A stretch of DNA of 64,000 nucleotides from Escherichia phage ECO340P1, in the sequence record OP172791; one strand, given 5' to 3'. Both the position numbers and the translations under genes were made by a program. Under the pieces are notes generated by a model. That model ran no database searches. It saw nothing but the letters and a program-made list of their open reading frames with translations, and was not told the origin of the DNA. Position 1 is the stretch's first letter, and each line of letters starts with the position of its first letter. Shown piece after piece: positions 8,315-18,090 of the stretch.

Positions 8315-8878
8315 ATGATTTATTATATTACTCCCTATCTGACAGGAAATATCGGCAAGGCTATCAATGAAGCCATTGCCGTTCTTCCAGATGATAGTTG
8401 GGTGTGTTTAAGAGATACCGATACAATGTTCCTCCTACCTGATCAACCATCTATGCTTGAAGAGCTTGTTATGTCAAATCCGCCTTTTGATGTAATAGGT
8501 GCAACTTGTAACAGGTTAGGCAGTGGTTATCAGCTTTTCTCTAACCAAATTAACGATGATCCAGATATTCTAAACCATATAGAATATGCTAAGATTGCAA
8601 GAGAATATCATAAAGTGAGTGTTGAAGAAGTTCCTTTCGGAACACCTCTAGCAGGTTTCTTCTTGCTTTTTAGAAAATCATTGTGGAATGAAATTCCTTT
8701 CGAAGAAAAATCTATCCAATTCGACTTAATTTTCTCTCGCACTTTACATGAAAAAGGAAAGAGGTTAGGATTGATGCGGGGAATGTATCTGTTTCACATT
8801 TACAGATTAGGTCAAACAAATCCTCAACGGTCTATACATCATTTATTACACTGTCATGATCACAGTAAAACTATTTAG
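8315..8878 (+). CDS. hypothetical protein, possibly glycosyltransferase-related
   Basis: 187-aa ORF with GGAGGGGAGA RBS; first gene of a glycosyltransferase block; no firm motif. Confidence 0.4.
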   Translation: MIYYITPYLTGNIGKAINEAIAVLPDDSWVCLRDTDTMFLLPDQPSMLEELVMSNPPFDVIGATCNRLGSGYQLFSNQINDDPDILNHIEYAKIAREYHKVSVEEVPFGTPLAGFFLLFRKSLWNEIPFEEKSIQFDLIFSRTLHEKGKRLGLMRGMYLFHIYRLGQTNPQRSIHHLLHCHDHSKTI

Positions 8879-8886
8879 GAGAGAAA

Positions 8887-9570
8887 ATGGAAAATATTAA
8901 AATTGGAGTGGGTGTTATCACTGTAGGTGTCCGTCCACTTAAAGACTACCTTGTAACAGATCCACGTGCAGATTTTCGAGTATTCAACGATCCAGATCGT
9001 AAAGGTGTAGCTTATGCCAGGAATGAACTTATGCACCAGTTTTATGAAGAAGGTTATGATTATTGGTTTATTTTTGACGACGATTGCTACCCAGTCATGG
9101 AGGGATGGGAAACATACTTTGTAGGTCAAGCTGTCTCTGGAGGATGGGATTTCTTTGGTATGCCGGAGTATTTCAAAGATAAAGTTGTTGGAAGCAAAGG
9201 AGAAGTTATTCTCTGGGAACTTGCAATGTGTCAATTTGCAATGTATTCTCGTGCCGTTGTTGAGAAGATGGGTTATTTCCGTCCTTACACTCACGGCTAT
9301 GGTTTTGAAGATGCTGAATGGGGACACCGTTTGCAAGCTGCTGGTTTGAATCATGGTATTCAGGCAACACCTTGTCCACTTCGTATCATGGCTTATATCC
9401 ACCCAGACGATGTTTTTGGAAACAATCCTATGCCTTTTGCTAATCTGACAAAAGAAGAGAAAGAAGCTGCTATCGGGATTAACTGGGAAGAATATAAAGC
9501 ATCTTTAGAGGATATTAAAAATGGGAAAATCCGAATTTCCTATGAGGAGGCACTGGCACATGTCAAATAA
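8887..9570 (+). CDS. glycosyltransferase, GT-A fold (family 2-like)
   Basis: N-terminal beta-alpha-beta region GVGVITVGVR and DxD-type motif FDDDC. Confidence 0.55.
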   Translation: MENIKIGVGVITVGVRPLKDYLVTDPRADFRVFNDPDRKGVAYARNELMHQFYEEGYDYWFIFDDDCYPVMEGWETYFVGQAVSGGWDFFGMPEYFKDKVVGSKGEVILWELAMCQFAMYSRAVVEKMGYFRPYTHGYGFEDAEWGHRLQAAGLNHGIQATPCPLRIMAYIHPDDVFGNNPMPFANLTKEEKEAAIGINWEEYKASLEDIKNGKIRISYEEALAHVK

Positions 9571-10507
9571 AAAATGGTCTAAACTAAAAATTGATGCAAA
9601 ACCTCATAGCGGTTGTGACTATCATCGTATTGTTATGCCATTTAACAACAATAATTTTCAACCTAAGAAAGATATTGTTGTGTTTAACCGTATCCACTCT
9701 AAAGGTGCAGAATACGTTTTATCTTTGAAACGTCAAGGTGTTAAGGTTGTTGTAGATTTAGATGATTTTTACCAACTTAATCCAGAGCATTATTTAGCAA
9801 GTCTATACGAGTCAAACACTCATGCTATTGTAGCTATGGTTAAGCTTGCTGATGTGGTTATTGTGACTACAGAATATTTGGCATATAAGATCCGTCACTT
9901 AAATAGAAATGTCGTTGTGATCCGAAATGCACTTCCTTTTGATAGCGGACAATTCACTTTGTCAAATGATCGTTCATCCGGTACCCCTGTTGTATGGGCT
10001 GGCGGTGCTAGTCACGAACCAGATTTACGACTAGTCTCTAATACTTTCGATGATGAACTTCTTACTATTGCGGGATATGAAGCATCACAAAGCATCACGG
10101 GACAAGAGTGGATTAAGATTCGCAGAAATTTACCAAATGCCAAATATAAAGCTGCTGTAAAAGATTTAGATAATTACATGAGTGTTTACGAAAGTCATGC
10201 TATTGCTATAGCTCCTTTGGTAGACAATGATTTTAATAATTGTAAAAGTAATCTCAAAATCCTGGAAGCTGGAGCAAAAGGTATTCCGATTATTTGTTCT
10301 AAGGTATTACCTTATTTTAACCCTGTAGATGCTCGCGCTGTTGCTTACGCAGAGAATAAAGCAGAATGGCATTACGAAATTGTTAAGCTTCTTCGCAATC
10401 CAAACTATCGGGAAGATCGTGGCTTGTTCTTGGCTGAACATGTTCGAACACATTATAATCTGGCAGATGCAAACGAGTTGCGACGCCAGGTTATTGAAAG
10501 TTTGTAG
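9560..10507 (+). CDS. glycosyltransferase, GT-B fold (GT1/GT4-like), paralog of 10515-11459
   Basis: ATG at 9560 after GAGGAGG; C-terminal KSNLKILEAGAKGIPIICS resembles the GT-B nucleotide-sugar binding motif; clear paralogy with the next gene. Confidence 0.55.
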   Translation: MSNKKWSKLKIDAKPHSGCDYHRIVMPFNNNNFQPKKDIVVFNRIHSKGAEYVLSLKRQGVKVVVDLDDFYQLNPEHYLASLYESNTHAIVAMVKLADVVIVTTEYLAYKIRHLNRNVVVIRNALPFDSGQFTLSNDRSSGTPVVWAGGASHEPDLRLVSNTFDDELLTIAGYEASQSITGQEWIKIRRNLPNAKYKAAVKDLDNYMSVYESHAIAIAPLVDNDFNNCKSNLKILEAGAKGIPIICSKVLPYFNPVDARAVAYAENKAEWHYEIVKLLRNPNYREDRGLFLAEHVRTHYNLADANELRRQVIESL

Positions 10508-10514
10508 GTGAAGT

Positions 10515-11459
10515 ATGGGACAAATAATTCTTGACAATCGTAACGGAATCAATTATAGTGTCTGCGATTTCCATAGGGTAGTGCTGCCTTACTCAAGGCA
10601 GTTCTCTTCACAACCTAAATACAACGTTTTCGTTTTTAACGGAGTGCCAACAAAAGGTAAAGAGGGCTTTTTAGCCCTTAAAAACCTAGGCTTTAAAATG
10701 GTTATGGATTTGGATGACTCTTTAGTTATTCCAAAAGGACACATGTTAGAAGGTATTTTTGAATCAGGTATTCGTGAACATTTAAAATGGTTTTTAGAGC
10801 ACAGTGATCTTGTTACAACTACGACACCTGCCTTGCAAGTTGAACTTTCACAATACAATGATAATGTGCACATAATCCCTAATGGACTTCCTTATGACGA
10901 AGGTCAATTTGTGTTGACCCGTGATCGCTACTCCAAAACTCCATTAGTCTGGGCTGGAAGTGAAACACATAAGCAAGATTTGGCTATCTTGCCCGATTTT
11001 GGTAAAGATCTTACAATATGTGGTTTTCGTAGGGATTCTGAAGTTTTAAGTAGTCGTGAATGGTCTGTAATCAGAGAAAATGTAGCACCAACTTGTGTTT
11101 ATGAAGGTGTAAGACCATATGCCAACTACATGGAATCTTACGATGGTCATCAAATCAGTCTTGCGCCACTGATTGATAACGTGTTTAATAATGCAAAAAG
11201 CAATCTTAAAATTCTTGAGGCAGGTGCTAAGGGTTTACCTTTGATCTGTTCTCCTCGTGAGAATTATCATACACAAGAGTTTAAAGATCTGTTGTTCTTT
11301 GCTGAAACACCTTCCGAGTGGAAAGATATTACGGAATACTTATTAAGTGCTCCCGATGTTTGCATGGAGAAAGGATTAGCATTAGCTAAGTATGTCAGGA
11401 CTCATTATCACATTGATGTGTTGAATGAGCGTCGTAGACTTTTATTTGAGGAGCTATAA
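10515..11459 (+). CDS. glycosyltransferase, GT-B fold (GT1/GT4-like), paralog of 9560-10507
   Basis: Shares CDYHRIVMPF/CDFHRVVLPY, PVVWAGGASHEPDL/PLVWAGSETHKQDL and KSNLKILEAGAKG motifs with the upstream gene. Confidence 0.55.
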   Translation: MGQIILDNRNGINYSVCDFHRVVLPYSRQFSSQPKYNVFVFNGVPTKGKEGFLALKNLGFKMVMDLDDSLVIPKGHMLEGIFESGIREHLKWFLEHSDLVTTTTPALQVELSQYNDNVHIIPNGLPYDEGQFVLTRDRYSKTPLVWAGSETHKQDLAILPDFGKDLTICGFRRDSEVLSSREWSVIRENVAPTCVYEGVRPYANYMESYDGHQISLAPLIDNVFNNAKSNLKILEAGAKGLPLICSPRENYHTQEFKDLLFFAETPSEWKDITEYLLSAPDVCMEKGLALAKYVRTHYHIDVLNERRRLLFEEL

Positions 11460-11737
11460 TGATTAACACTTTTGATTTTGAATACACCACTCGTAACGGG
11501 AAAGCCTTAGTTGTGGAGGTGGATTACTATTATGAAGAGCCTAACCCGCTTTCTCGTGAAAGTGATTGGGATTACCACGGAGGGCTTTTAATTGACGGTA
11601 TTCGTTTTTATGAAGGCTCTACAGAAGTTTTTGAAAAAGATTTAAATGTAACTGTAGCAGAAATTGCTTTCCAATTTAGAAAGCATATGGAAGAACTAGA
11701 AGCAGAATATATGATGGAGACTAACGAACCATTTTAA
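11459..11737 (+). CDS. hypothetical protein
   Basis: 92-aa ORF with overlapping start. Confidence 0.4.
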   Translation: MINTFDFEYTTRNGKALVVEVDYYYEEPNPLSRESDWDYHGGLLIDGIRFYEGSTEVFEKDLNVTVAEIAFQFRKHMEELEAEYMMETNEPF

Positions 11738-11749
11738 CAGGAGAACAAA

Positions 11750-13528
11750 GTGTCGCACATTATAACTAAATATGGATTTGATGTTGATCTTAGCAAGGAA
11801 GGGCATACAGGTTGTCCGCGCTGCATGAAAAATGGCAAGGATCGCTCTCGTAATAACCTGATGGTTTATGGATTAGATTCTAATGGAGAGCATAAAGGTG
11901 CTAAGTGCTTTGCGTGTGAATACACTATTCCTAGCGTAGAATGGTTACGAGAAAATGGTGAAGTTTTAGAAGAAGAGGAGGAGATTGTGGGTTCGGAATT
12001 TAATAAACAGATTCATCGTAAAATTGTTCAAGAAACATCAACCAACCCACGTGGTTATCGAGGAATTAAAGAAAAAGTTTCATCTTTCTATGGTGTTCGT
12101 TATGAATACCGTCAGGAAGGGGATCAGATGGTAGTAGAAAGTTGTTTATATCCGACTACTATCGGTAAAGAATTGGTTGGTTTTAAGCGTCGTATTCATC
12201 CTAAAGATTTCAGTAAACCTATTGGTCAAGTAGGTAAAGATGTAGATCTTTTTGGACAAATTCGTTTTGCAGACCGTTCTCATACTGTGGTAATTACAGG
12301 TGGTGAACACGATGCTCTGGCAGCTTATCAAATGCTATCTGAAAACTTGGACAACAAGTATGAACTTCCAGCAGTAGTTAGTGGCACAACTGGTGAAACC
12401 AGTATGTATAAACAAGTTCAGGCACAATATCCTTTCTTTGAAAAATTTAAGAAGATTATTGTTTGCATGGATAATGACAAAGCAGGTAATGAAGCATTTG
12501 AAAATATTGTTAAGGTGCTGCCTCGTAACAAAGTCTACCGTATGCAGATGGATCTTAAGGATGCCAATCAGTATCTGGAAGAAGGTCGTGCAAAAGATTT
12601 CGTAAAAGCTTTTTGGAGTGCTCGTCTATACACCCCAGCAGGTGTTTATGCTTCTAATGTCTTGTATGAAGCTGCATTAGAATGCTTGGAATCCAAGATG
12701 ATTACCTTGCCTCCTTTTATGCGTGTAGCTGCAAACATGCTGGGTGGTGGTTTAGTAGAGGAAGAGATTACAGTCATCCTGGCAAAGACCAGTATCGGTA
12801 AAACTTTAATGGTGAACGAGATCACCAAACATATTATTGTTGCGCACCCAGAACATACCCTAGGTATCCTGTCCTTGGAAGCAACTTATAAGAAATATTC
12901 TCGTAACCTGTTGTCCTCGTTCCTGCATATTCCTCTACACAGGAAAACACCGGAAGAGAAATTTCAAATCTTGGAAGAGAATAAAGAAAAAATCCTAGAT
13001 TTTTACGAAAGAGAAGATGGATCACCACGTTTTTATGTGTGTGATGATCGTGGAGCAGATGTGGAGTCTATCAAAGAAAAAGTTTTGGAGATGATCATCT
13101 ATTTTGGAGTAACAATTCTTGTTATCGACCCTTATTCTGATTTGCTTTCTGGTATGGATGTTCAAGCCCAGGAAGAGTTAGCAACATGGTTGAAGCGCAT
13201 CATGAAAGAGTATGCTATAACTATTATCGTCATCTCACACGTTAAGAAATCGGCTAATGGTGGCAATGAACACTTAACAGAGGACGATGCAATGGGTAGT
13301 AGTTTCTTGGCTAAAGGTGCTGGTATTACCTTGGCTTTGGAACGAGATAAAGCCGCTGAAGACCCTGTAGAACGCAATACGACTCATTGCTTTATCCTAA
13401 AAAACCGTGAGTTCTCGGAAACTGGTCCGGCAGGGCAGTTTTACTATGACATTAGAACTGCAACTCTGCATGACAAAGAGCAGTATTTCAACAATCCTGC
13501 TAATTTGCCTACGGATAGCAACTATTAA
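11750..13528 (+). CDS. bifunctional DNA primase-helicase (T7 gp4-like)
   Basis: GTG start after AGGAGA; N-terminal zinc ribbon CPRC...CFAC, TOPRIM motifs (GGEHDALAAY, CMDNDKAGNEA), helicase Walker A KTSIGKT. Confidence 0.85.
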   Translation: MSHIITKYGFDVDLSKEGHTGCPRCMKNGKDRSRNNLMVYGLDSNGEHKGAKCFACEYTIPSVEWLRENGEVLEEEEEIVGSEFNKQIHRKIVQETSTNPRGYRGIKEKVSSFYGVRYEYRQEGDQMVVESCLYPTTIGKELVGFKRRIHPKDFSKPIGQVGKDVDLFGQIRFADRSHTVVITGGEHDALAAYQMLSENLDNKYELPAVVSGTTGETSMYKQVQAQYPFFEKFKKIIVCMDNDKAGNEAFENIVKVLPRNKVYRMQMDLKDANQYLEEGRAKDFVKAFWSARLYTPAGVYASNVLYEAALECLESKMITLPPFMRVAANMLGGGLVEEEITVILAKTSIGKTLMVNEITKHIIVAHPEHTLGILSLEATYKKYSRNLLSSFLHIPLHRKTPEEKFQILEENKEKILDFYEREDGSPRFYVCDDRGADVESIKEKVLEMIIYFGVTILVIDPYSDLLSGMDVQAQEELATWLKRIMKEYAITIIVISHVKKSANGGNEHLTEDDAMGSSFLAKGAGITLALERDKAAEDPVERNTTHCFILKNREFSETGPAGQFYYDIRTATLHDKEQYFNNPANLPTDSNY

Positions 13529-13547
13529 GGGCTTCGGCCCTTTTATT
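13527..13547 (+). terminator. Rho-independent terminator after the primase-helicase
   Basis: Stem AAGGGC / GCCCTT with TTCG loop, followed by TTTTATT. Confidence 0.65.
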
Positions 13548-13558
13548 AAAAATACCTG

Positions 13559-13587
13559 TTGACAACTTTGCGGAAGGGACTTATACT
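13559..13587 (+). promoter_or_regulatory. strong sigma70-like promoter (TTGACA-N17-TATACT)
   Basis: Consensus -35 at 13559-13564, 17-nt spacer, -10 TATACT at 13582-13587. Confidence 0.65.
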
Positions 13588-13620
13588 TGTCTCATCAACC
13601 AAACAAGAGGAGAAGTAAAA

Positions 13621-14052
13621 ATGCGTATGACAATCGATCTGAATGCAAAAGTTAAAGCTGCTGGTGCTCTGGGTGCTGGTGTTATTAAACACAAACAAGC
13701 GTTGGCATTTGCCATCCCACATATGATTGTTGAGGATCATCCTGAAGAGTTTGCTGTAAAAGTTGTTGAGAACAATGTCTCTGTTATTGAACATCTTCCA
13801 ACTGGACGTTCTTACCGTGTTGTTTCTTCTAAAGGTTTCCGTTTCGATGTAAGCCCTTCTTTCACAAAAGGTGCTGGTCGTAGTAAAGTGGGTATTCTTT
13901 CTTACAAATATTATATCGATAAAGTTGCAGATGGTGTTGCATTCTGTCGTGTAAGTGAAGGTAAAGTAGATATCATCTTTAAAAATACTAAAAACATGGT
14001 TATTTCTGATGATGGTAAAGTTGACCTCACTATTGAGTTCGCTAACAACTAA
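13621..14052 (+). CDS. hypothetical protein (behind the strongest promoter in the window)
   Basis: 143-aa ORF with AGGAGAAG RBS; no motif recognised. Confidence 0.5.
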   Translation: MRMTIDLNAKVKAAGALGAGVIKHKQALAFAIPHMIVEDHPEEFAVKVVENNVSVIEHLPTGRSYRVVSSKGFRFDVSPSFTKGAGRSKVGILSYKYYIDKVADGVAFCRVSEGKVDIIFKNTKNMVISDDGKVDLTIEFANN

Positions 14053-14061
14053 GGAGGACTA

Positions 14062-14856
14062 TTGAGCAAGTTGAACACACTTGATCAATATTACACTAAC
14101 CCCGCTTATGCGGGGTTCTTATGTGATAAGATCAAAGAAATTTTTGGAGAGGAAGCTAACTACGTAGAACCATCTGCGGGAGAAGGAGCTTTCTCTTCTT
14201 GTTTTAAAAACATAACTTCTTTTGATATTGACCCTAAGTTTGAAGATTGTATTGAGGCAGATTTTTTAGCTCAATCTGTTGAGTCTGTTGGTAGTGTAAC
14301 TGCTTTTGTCGGTAATCCTCCATTTGGAAAAAATGCTAGTCTTGCCATTAAATTCTTTAACCATTGTGCTGAAATGCTGGATAACGAAGGTGGTATTTGT
14401 TTTATCTTGCCTCGCACATTTCAAAAAATCTTTTTTGCACACAAGCTAAATCCCCATATGCATCTTCTTTACGAAGAAGAATGTCCAAAAGGATCTTTTA
14501 TTCTTCATGGAGAACCTTGGGATGTTCCTTGTGTATTCCAGGTATGGATTAAACGCAACGAGAAGCGTTCTCCCGTTGTTTTAGGAGAGAATCGACTATT
14601 CGTATTAGGTAACAGTAAAGACTACGATATAGCCGTTAGGAGAGCGGGAGCAAGTGCAGGTAAAGTGTTATCAGAAGAAGATTCTTTATCTGAAGCATCT
14701 ACCTATTTTTTAAAAGCCTTGACTTCTGATCTTAAAACGCGTATCATTGAGGCTTACCCGTTACTTAAAGCTGAAGCTAGTAAAACTGCGGGAGTAAGAA
14801 GTTTAAGTTTAAAAGAACTTCAGTGGGTTCTGGAGAACATTAGAAAGGAGGAATAG
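14062..14856 (+). CDS. DNA amino-methyltransferase (N6-adenine or N4-cytosine)
   Basis: TTG start after AAGGAGGA; SAM-binding-like EPSAGEGAF and catalytic NPPF motifs. Confidence 0.6.
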   Translation: MSKLNTLDQYYTNPAYAGFLCDKIKEIFGEEANYVEPSAGEGAFSSCFKNITSFDIDPKFEDCIEADFLAQSVESVGSVTAFVGNPPFGKNASLAIKFFNHCAEMLDNEGGICFILPRTFQKIFFAHKLNPHMHLLYEEECPKGSFILHGEPWDVPCVFQVWIKRNEKRSPVVLGENRLFVLGNSKDYDIAVRRAGASAGKVLSEEDSLSEASTYFLKALTSDLKTRIIEAYPLLKAEASKTAGVRSLSLKELQWVLENIRKEE

Positions 14857-17453
14857 TGAGTAAGTTTACATGGGATATTGAAGCAAACGGATTGTTGAAT
14901 AATGACACTATTGATTATTTAGCTAGTCCTTATCGTCTCAAAGACACATTTCAAATGCACTGTATTGTCTTAGAGAACCATGAAACAGGAGAAATAGTAG
15001 CTTTCCACGATGGCCCTAAATACATCTTTGATGGGCGTCCTTACGAAGAGTCAGATGGTAAATACACATATGTTCTTAAAGAGTATGTGGCGCAAGATTA
15101 CACACATTTTCAACTAAAAGATTTCCCAGATTTTATTAATCATGAAGGTTATTTTAAAGACAAGCCTGAATATCTAGTTGAAATGGCTGTGGCTCACAAC
15201 GGTATCAACTACGACTGGTTGGCTACAAAACTGTTTTATGGATTAGATTACAGTGTTAAATATAATACGTGGGGCAAAAATAAGGTAAAACTTATTGACT
15301 CCTTGATTTTGAGTAAAGTGTTAAACCCAGATCGAAAGATTGAGGGCAAATCAGGACATAGCTTGGCAGCACTTTCTCGAAAAGCAGGTGGTGATGTAAA
15401 AATAGATTTCCGTAAAGAGATTCCAGAAGAAGATCGATTTAAGACTTTTGCTGCGGATATGCTTTATTACTGTATCTATGACAACAAAGCCAATACGAGC
15501 GTATATAATTACCTTATGGAAGAATGGGGTGATTATGATAAATGGGAAGGTCCATTTGAACTTGAACAACGTGTAGCAGACATTATTACACGCCAGGAAC
15601 ACCGTGGGTTTGCTTTTAACATGAAACAAGCAGAAGAGAACCTTGCTTTTTTGGATGCAGAAATGGAGCGTCTTCGTTTACTCGTTGAGCCTATTTTGCC
15701 ACCTAAACCAGCAACAAAAGGTTATCTTAAGGCTTTTATTCCACCTAAGTTGCAAATTAAAAAGAACTTAGAGCCAACTAACCATATGATCAATTTTGCT
15801 AAGAAACATGATGGTCATTTGGAAGAGAGGGATGGCGATTGGTGGTTAGTTATGTTGGGGAAAGAGTGGAAACTGCCAGTTGCAGCAGATGAGCCTCTAT
15901 GTGATCCTAACATTCCTGCAACATTGAACGATACAACCCATATTAAAAACTGGCTTGTAGGATTAGGTTGGGTACCGTCTGAATATAAAGATAAAGACTT
16001 GACGCTTAAATCTGGCACCAAAATTAAAAAGAGCGAGGAAGAACTTCAGAAAGGTATTAGAGCTTACGTTGAGCAAACTCTATCTTCTAATTTTTGTCAG
16101 GATCGTTGTGATCATCTGGAGTGCACACCGGAAACTTTGGAAAGGAAGATTCAAGAGCGTATAGCAAAAGGTAAAGGTCGCGGTCTTAAAGTATTGACTA
16201 ACCCATGTTTTACCAAAGGTCAGGAAAAAGAAATTTGTCCTAACCTGCAAGCTTTGGGTGAGAAATTTCCTTATGCTACACAGATTGTAGAATACTTAAC
16301 GTATAAGCATCGTAGGAACTCTATTTTAGGTGGCGGTGCTGATTGGGAAGAAGATGAAGAAGATCAAGAATACGATAAAGGTTTCTTAGCCGCAGTAAGG
16401 GCGGATGGGCGTATTCCTACACCAGCCGCTACATGTGATGCTGCAACCTCTCGTATGAAACATAGATCTGTAGCTAATATTCCTCGTGTCACATCTTTGT
16501 TTGGATGGGAGATGCGTAACTTGTTTGGTGTAGAGGTTCCTAAATACTTCCAGATCGGCTACGACTTCGACTCTTTGGAAGCAAAAATTGAATCACATTA
16601 CTGTTGGCGGTACGAGCCGGAGCCACACGAGTATTGTAACGCTCTGTTGTTAGAGAAACCTAATGATGTTCACACAATGATGGCAAAACGTATCACTGAA
16701 ACTATTGGACGTAAATTTGAACGTAGTCCTGCTAAATCTGTTAAGTATGGTATTACCTATGGTGCACAAGCCGACAAGGTTGCTAAAACAATTGGTAGCG
16801 ACAAGTTTACAGGTCAATTGGTGTTCGATGCTTTCTGGGAAGCTGCATTCCCATTGGCGCGTCTTAAAGAACGTTTAAACGATTTCTGGGTTAAGACTGG
16901 TAAACAATATGTTTTGGGTATTGACGGTCGTAAGGTTCCTACTCGTTCTGCTCACGCGATTCTTAACTCTCTGTTCCAAAGCGGTGGGGTTATCTGTGCT
17001 AAACGTGCAATGGTTATTTATGATGACATGATCGAAGAAGAAGGGCTAAGTGTTGACTTCTTTAAAGATGACTGGAAGAATAAAGACTTCGTGCAACAAA
17101 TGATTGCATATCACGATGAAGCCCAGCTTGAAGTTTCTCGTAACCTTGTAGAATTCAAATGGTTTTCACCTGAATCATTAGGTTGGAAGAAAGTAGACGA
17201 TCCTGAAGAACAAAAGAAAATTGATAAAGAATGCCTTGCTAAAGTCGAAGAATGGAAGCATAATAAGGAAAAAGAGACAGGGCAAATTTGGGCTAACATT
17301 CATGAATCTCCCAAAGGTGGATGGTTTACAGCCTATAGTCGGGCAGGTGAACTTGCTGCTTTAGCTGTTACTAAAGCTGGAGAATTTTACAATCTTAATG
17401 TTCAGCTTACTGCTGGATATGACGTGGGGAATTCCTGGGCCAGTTGTCACTAA
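14856..17453 (+). CDS. family A DNA polymerase with 3'-5' exonuclease domain
   Basis: Exo I motif TWDIEANGL; polymerase motifs YDFDSLEAKI (A), KSVKYGITYGAQ (B), YHDEAQLEV (C). Confidence 0.85.
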   Translation: MSKFTWDIEANGLLNNDTIDYLASPYRLKDTFQMHCIVLENHETGEIVAFHDGPKYIFDGRPYEESDGKYTYVLKEYVAQDYTHFQLKDFPDFINHEGYFKDKPEYLVEMAVAHNGINYDWLATKLFYGLDYSVKYNTWGKNKVKLIDSLILSKVLNPDRKIEGKSGHSLAALSRKAGGDVKIDFRKEIPEEDRFKTFAADMLYYCIYDNKANTSVYNYLMEEWGDYDKWEGPFELEQRVADIITRQEHRGFAFNMKQAEENLAFLDAEMERLRLLVEPILPPKPATKGYLKAFIPPKLQIKKNLEPTNHMINFAKKHDGHLEERDGDWWLVMLGKEWKLPVAADEPLCDPNIPATLNDTTHIKNWLVGLGWVPSEYKDKDLTLKSGTKIKKSEEELQKGIRAYVEQTLSSNFCQDRCDHLECTPETLERKIQERIAKGKGRGLKVLTNPCFTKGQEKEICPNLQALGEKFPYATQIVEYLTYKHRRNSILGGGADWEEDEEDQEYDKGFLAAVRADGRIPTPAATCDAATSRMKHRSVANIPRVTSLFGWEMRNLFGVEVPKYFQIGYDFDSLEAKIESHYCWRYEPEPHEYCNALLLEKPNDVHTMMAKRITETIGRKFERSPAKSVKYGITYGAQADKVAKTIGSDKFTGQLVFDAFWEAAFPLARLKERLNDFWVKTGKQYVLGIDGRKVPTRSAHAILNSLFQSGGVICAKRAMVIYDDMIEEEGLSVDFFKDDWKNKDFVQQMIAYHDEAQLEVSRNLVEFKWFSPESLGWKKVDDPEEQKKIDKECLAKVEEWKHNKEKETGQIWANIHESPKGGWFTAYSRAGELAALAVTKAGEFYNLNVQLTAGYDVGNSWASCH

Positions 17454-17471
17454 TCTAACGTATTGTTTTAT

Positions 17472-17492
17472 AAGGGGCTTCTGCCCCTTTAT
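17472..17492 (+). terminator. hairpin terminator after the DNA polymerase
   Basis: Stem AGGGGC / GCCCCT with TTCT loop, then TTTAT. Confidence 0.5.
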
Positions 17493-17502
17493 AGGAGAAG
17501 AT

Positions 17503-17694
17503 ATGAGTTACGATTTAGATTGTTTTGGTATGCCTTACCTACCAGATGAATTTGAAGGTAAAGAAGAACGTGAATGGGACGATGGGGATATCCGTTGTTG
17601 GTCTTGTGGTAAAGATATGTCTTATGAACAACATATGCACAATGATGGTTTCTGCATACATTGCTATAATGAAATTGATCTGGAGGAAGATTAA
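17503..17694 (+). CDS. small Cys/His zinc-binding protein
   Basis: ATG at 17503 after AGGAGA; CWSC...CIHC pairs. Confidence 0.4.
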   Translation: MSYDLDCFGMPYLPDEFEGKEEREWDDGDIRCWSCGKDMSYEQHMHNDGFCIHCYNEIDLEED

Positions 17695-17855
17695 TGGGAA
17701 ATGGTATCATGATTTGCTATAAAATTGTGCGTATTGTCGGAGACGAAATTACCACTCGGTATTTTATGATAGAGTCTCAAGCCGATGAGGTTTACAATGA
17801 CTGGCTTGAAAAAGGTGGATACGATTTTGTATCTAAAGAAACTTTCCGTTTAGAA
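17694..17855 (+). CDS. hypothetical small protein (53 aa, below the ORF-track cutoff)
   Basis: ATG overlaps the upstream TAA; open through 17853. Confidence 0.25.
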
Positions 17856-17871
17856 GTATAAGGAGAAAACA

Positions 17872-18090
17872 ATGCGTAAATTAGTGAGCTTTAATGTTTC
17901 AATTCTTGTTGATGAACAAAATGAAGATGTTATTAAAGGTCTTGCAAATAAGATTGCAGGTGGAATGACGGAAGCTGAAGTGTGGGAAGAATGTGCTCGA
18001 CTTTATGAGGAAGGTGTTATTGAGGTCTTGGGGGATGAGATTAATATGGACGATGTTGTAAAAGTAACTGTGGAGCGTATCAATGACTAA
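17872..18090 (+). CDS. hypothetical protein
   Basis: 72-aa ORF with AAGGAGAA RBS. Confidence 0.45.
   Translation: MRKLVSFNVSILVDEQNEDVIKGLANKIAGGMTEAEVWEECARLYEEGVIEVLGDEINMDDVVKVTVERIND

Noticed and set aside
9521-10507. ORF-track start at 9521 for the first GT-B glycosyltransferase
   Set aside because: It overlaps the upstream gene by 50 nt; the ATG at 9560 with a GAGGAGG RBS is preferred
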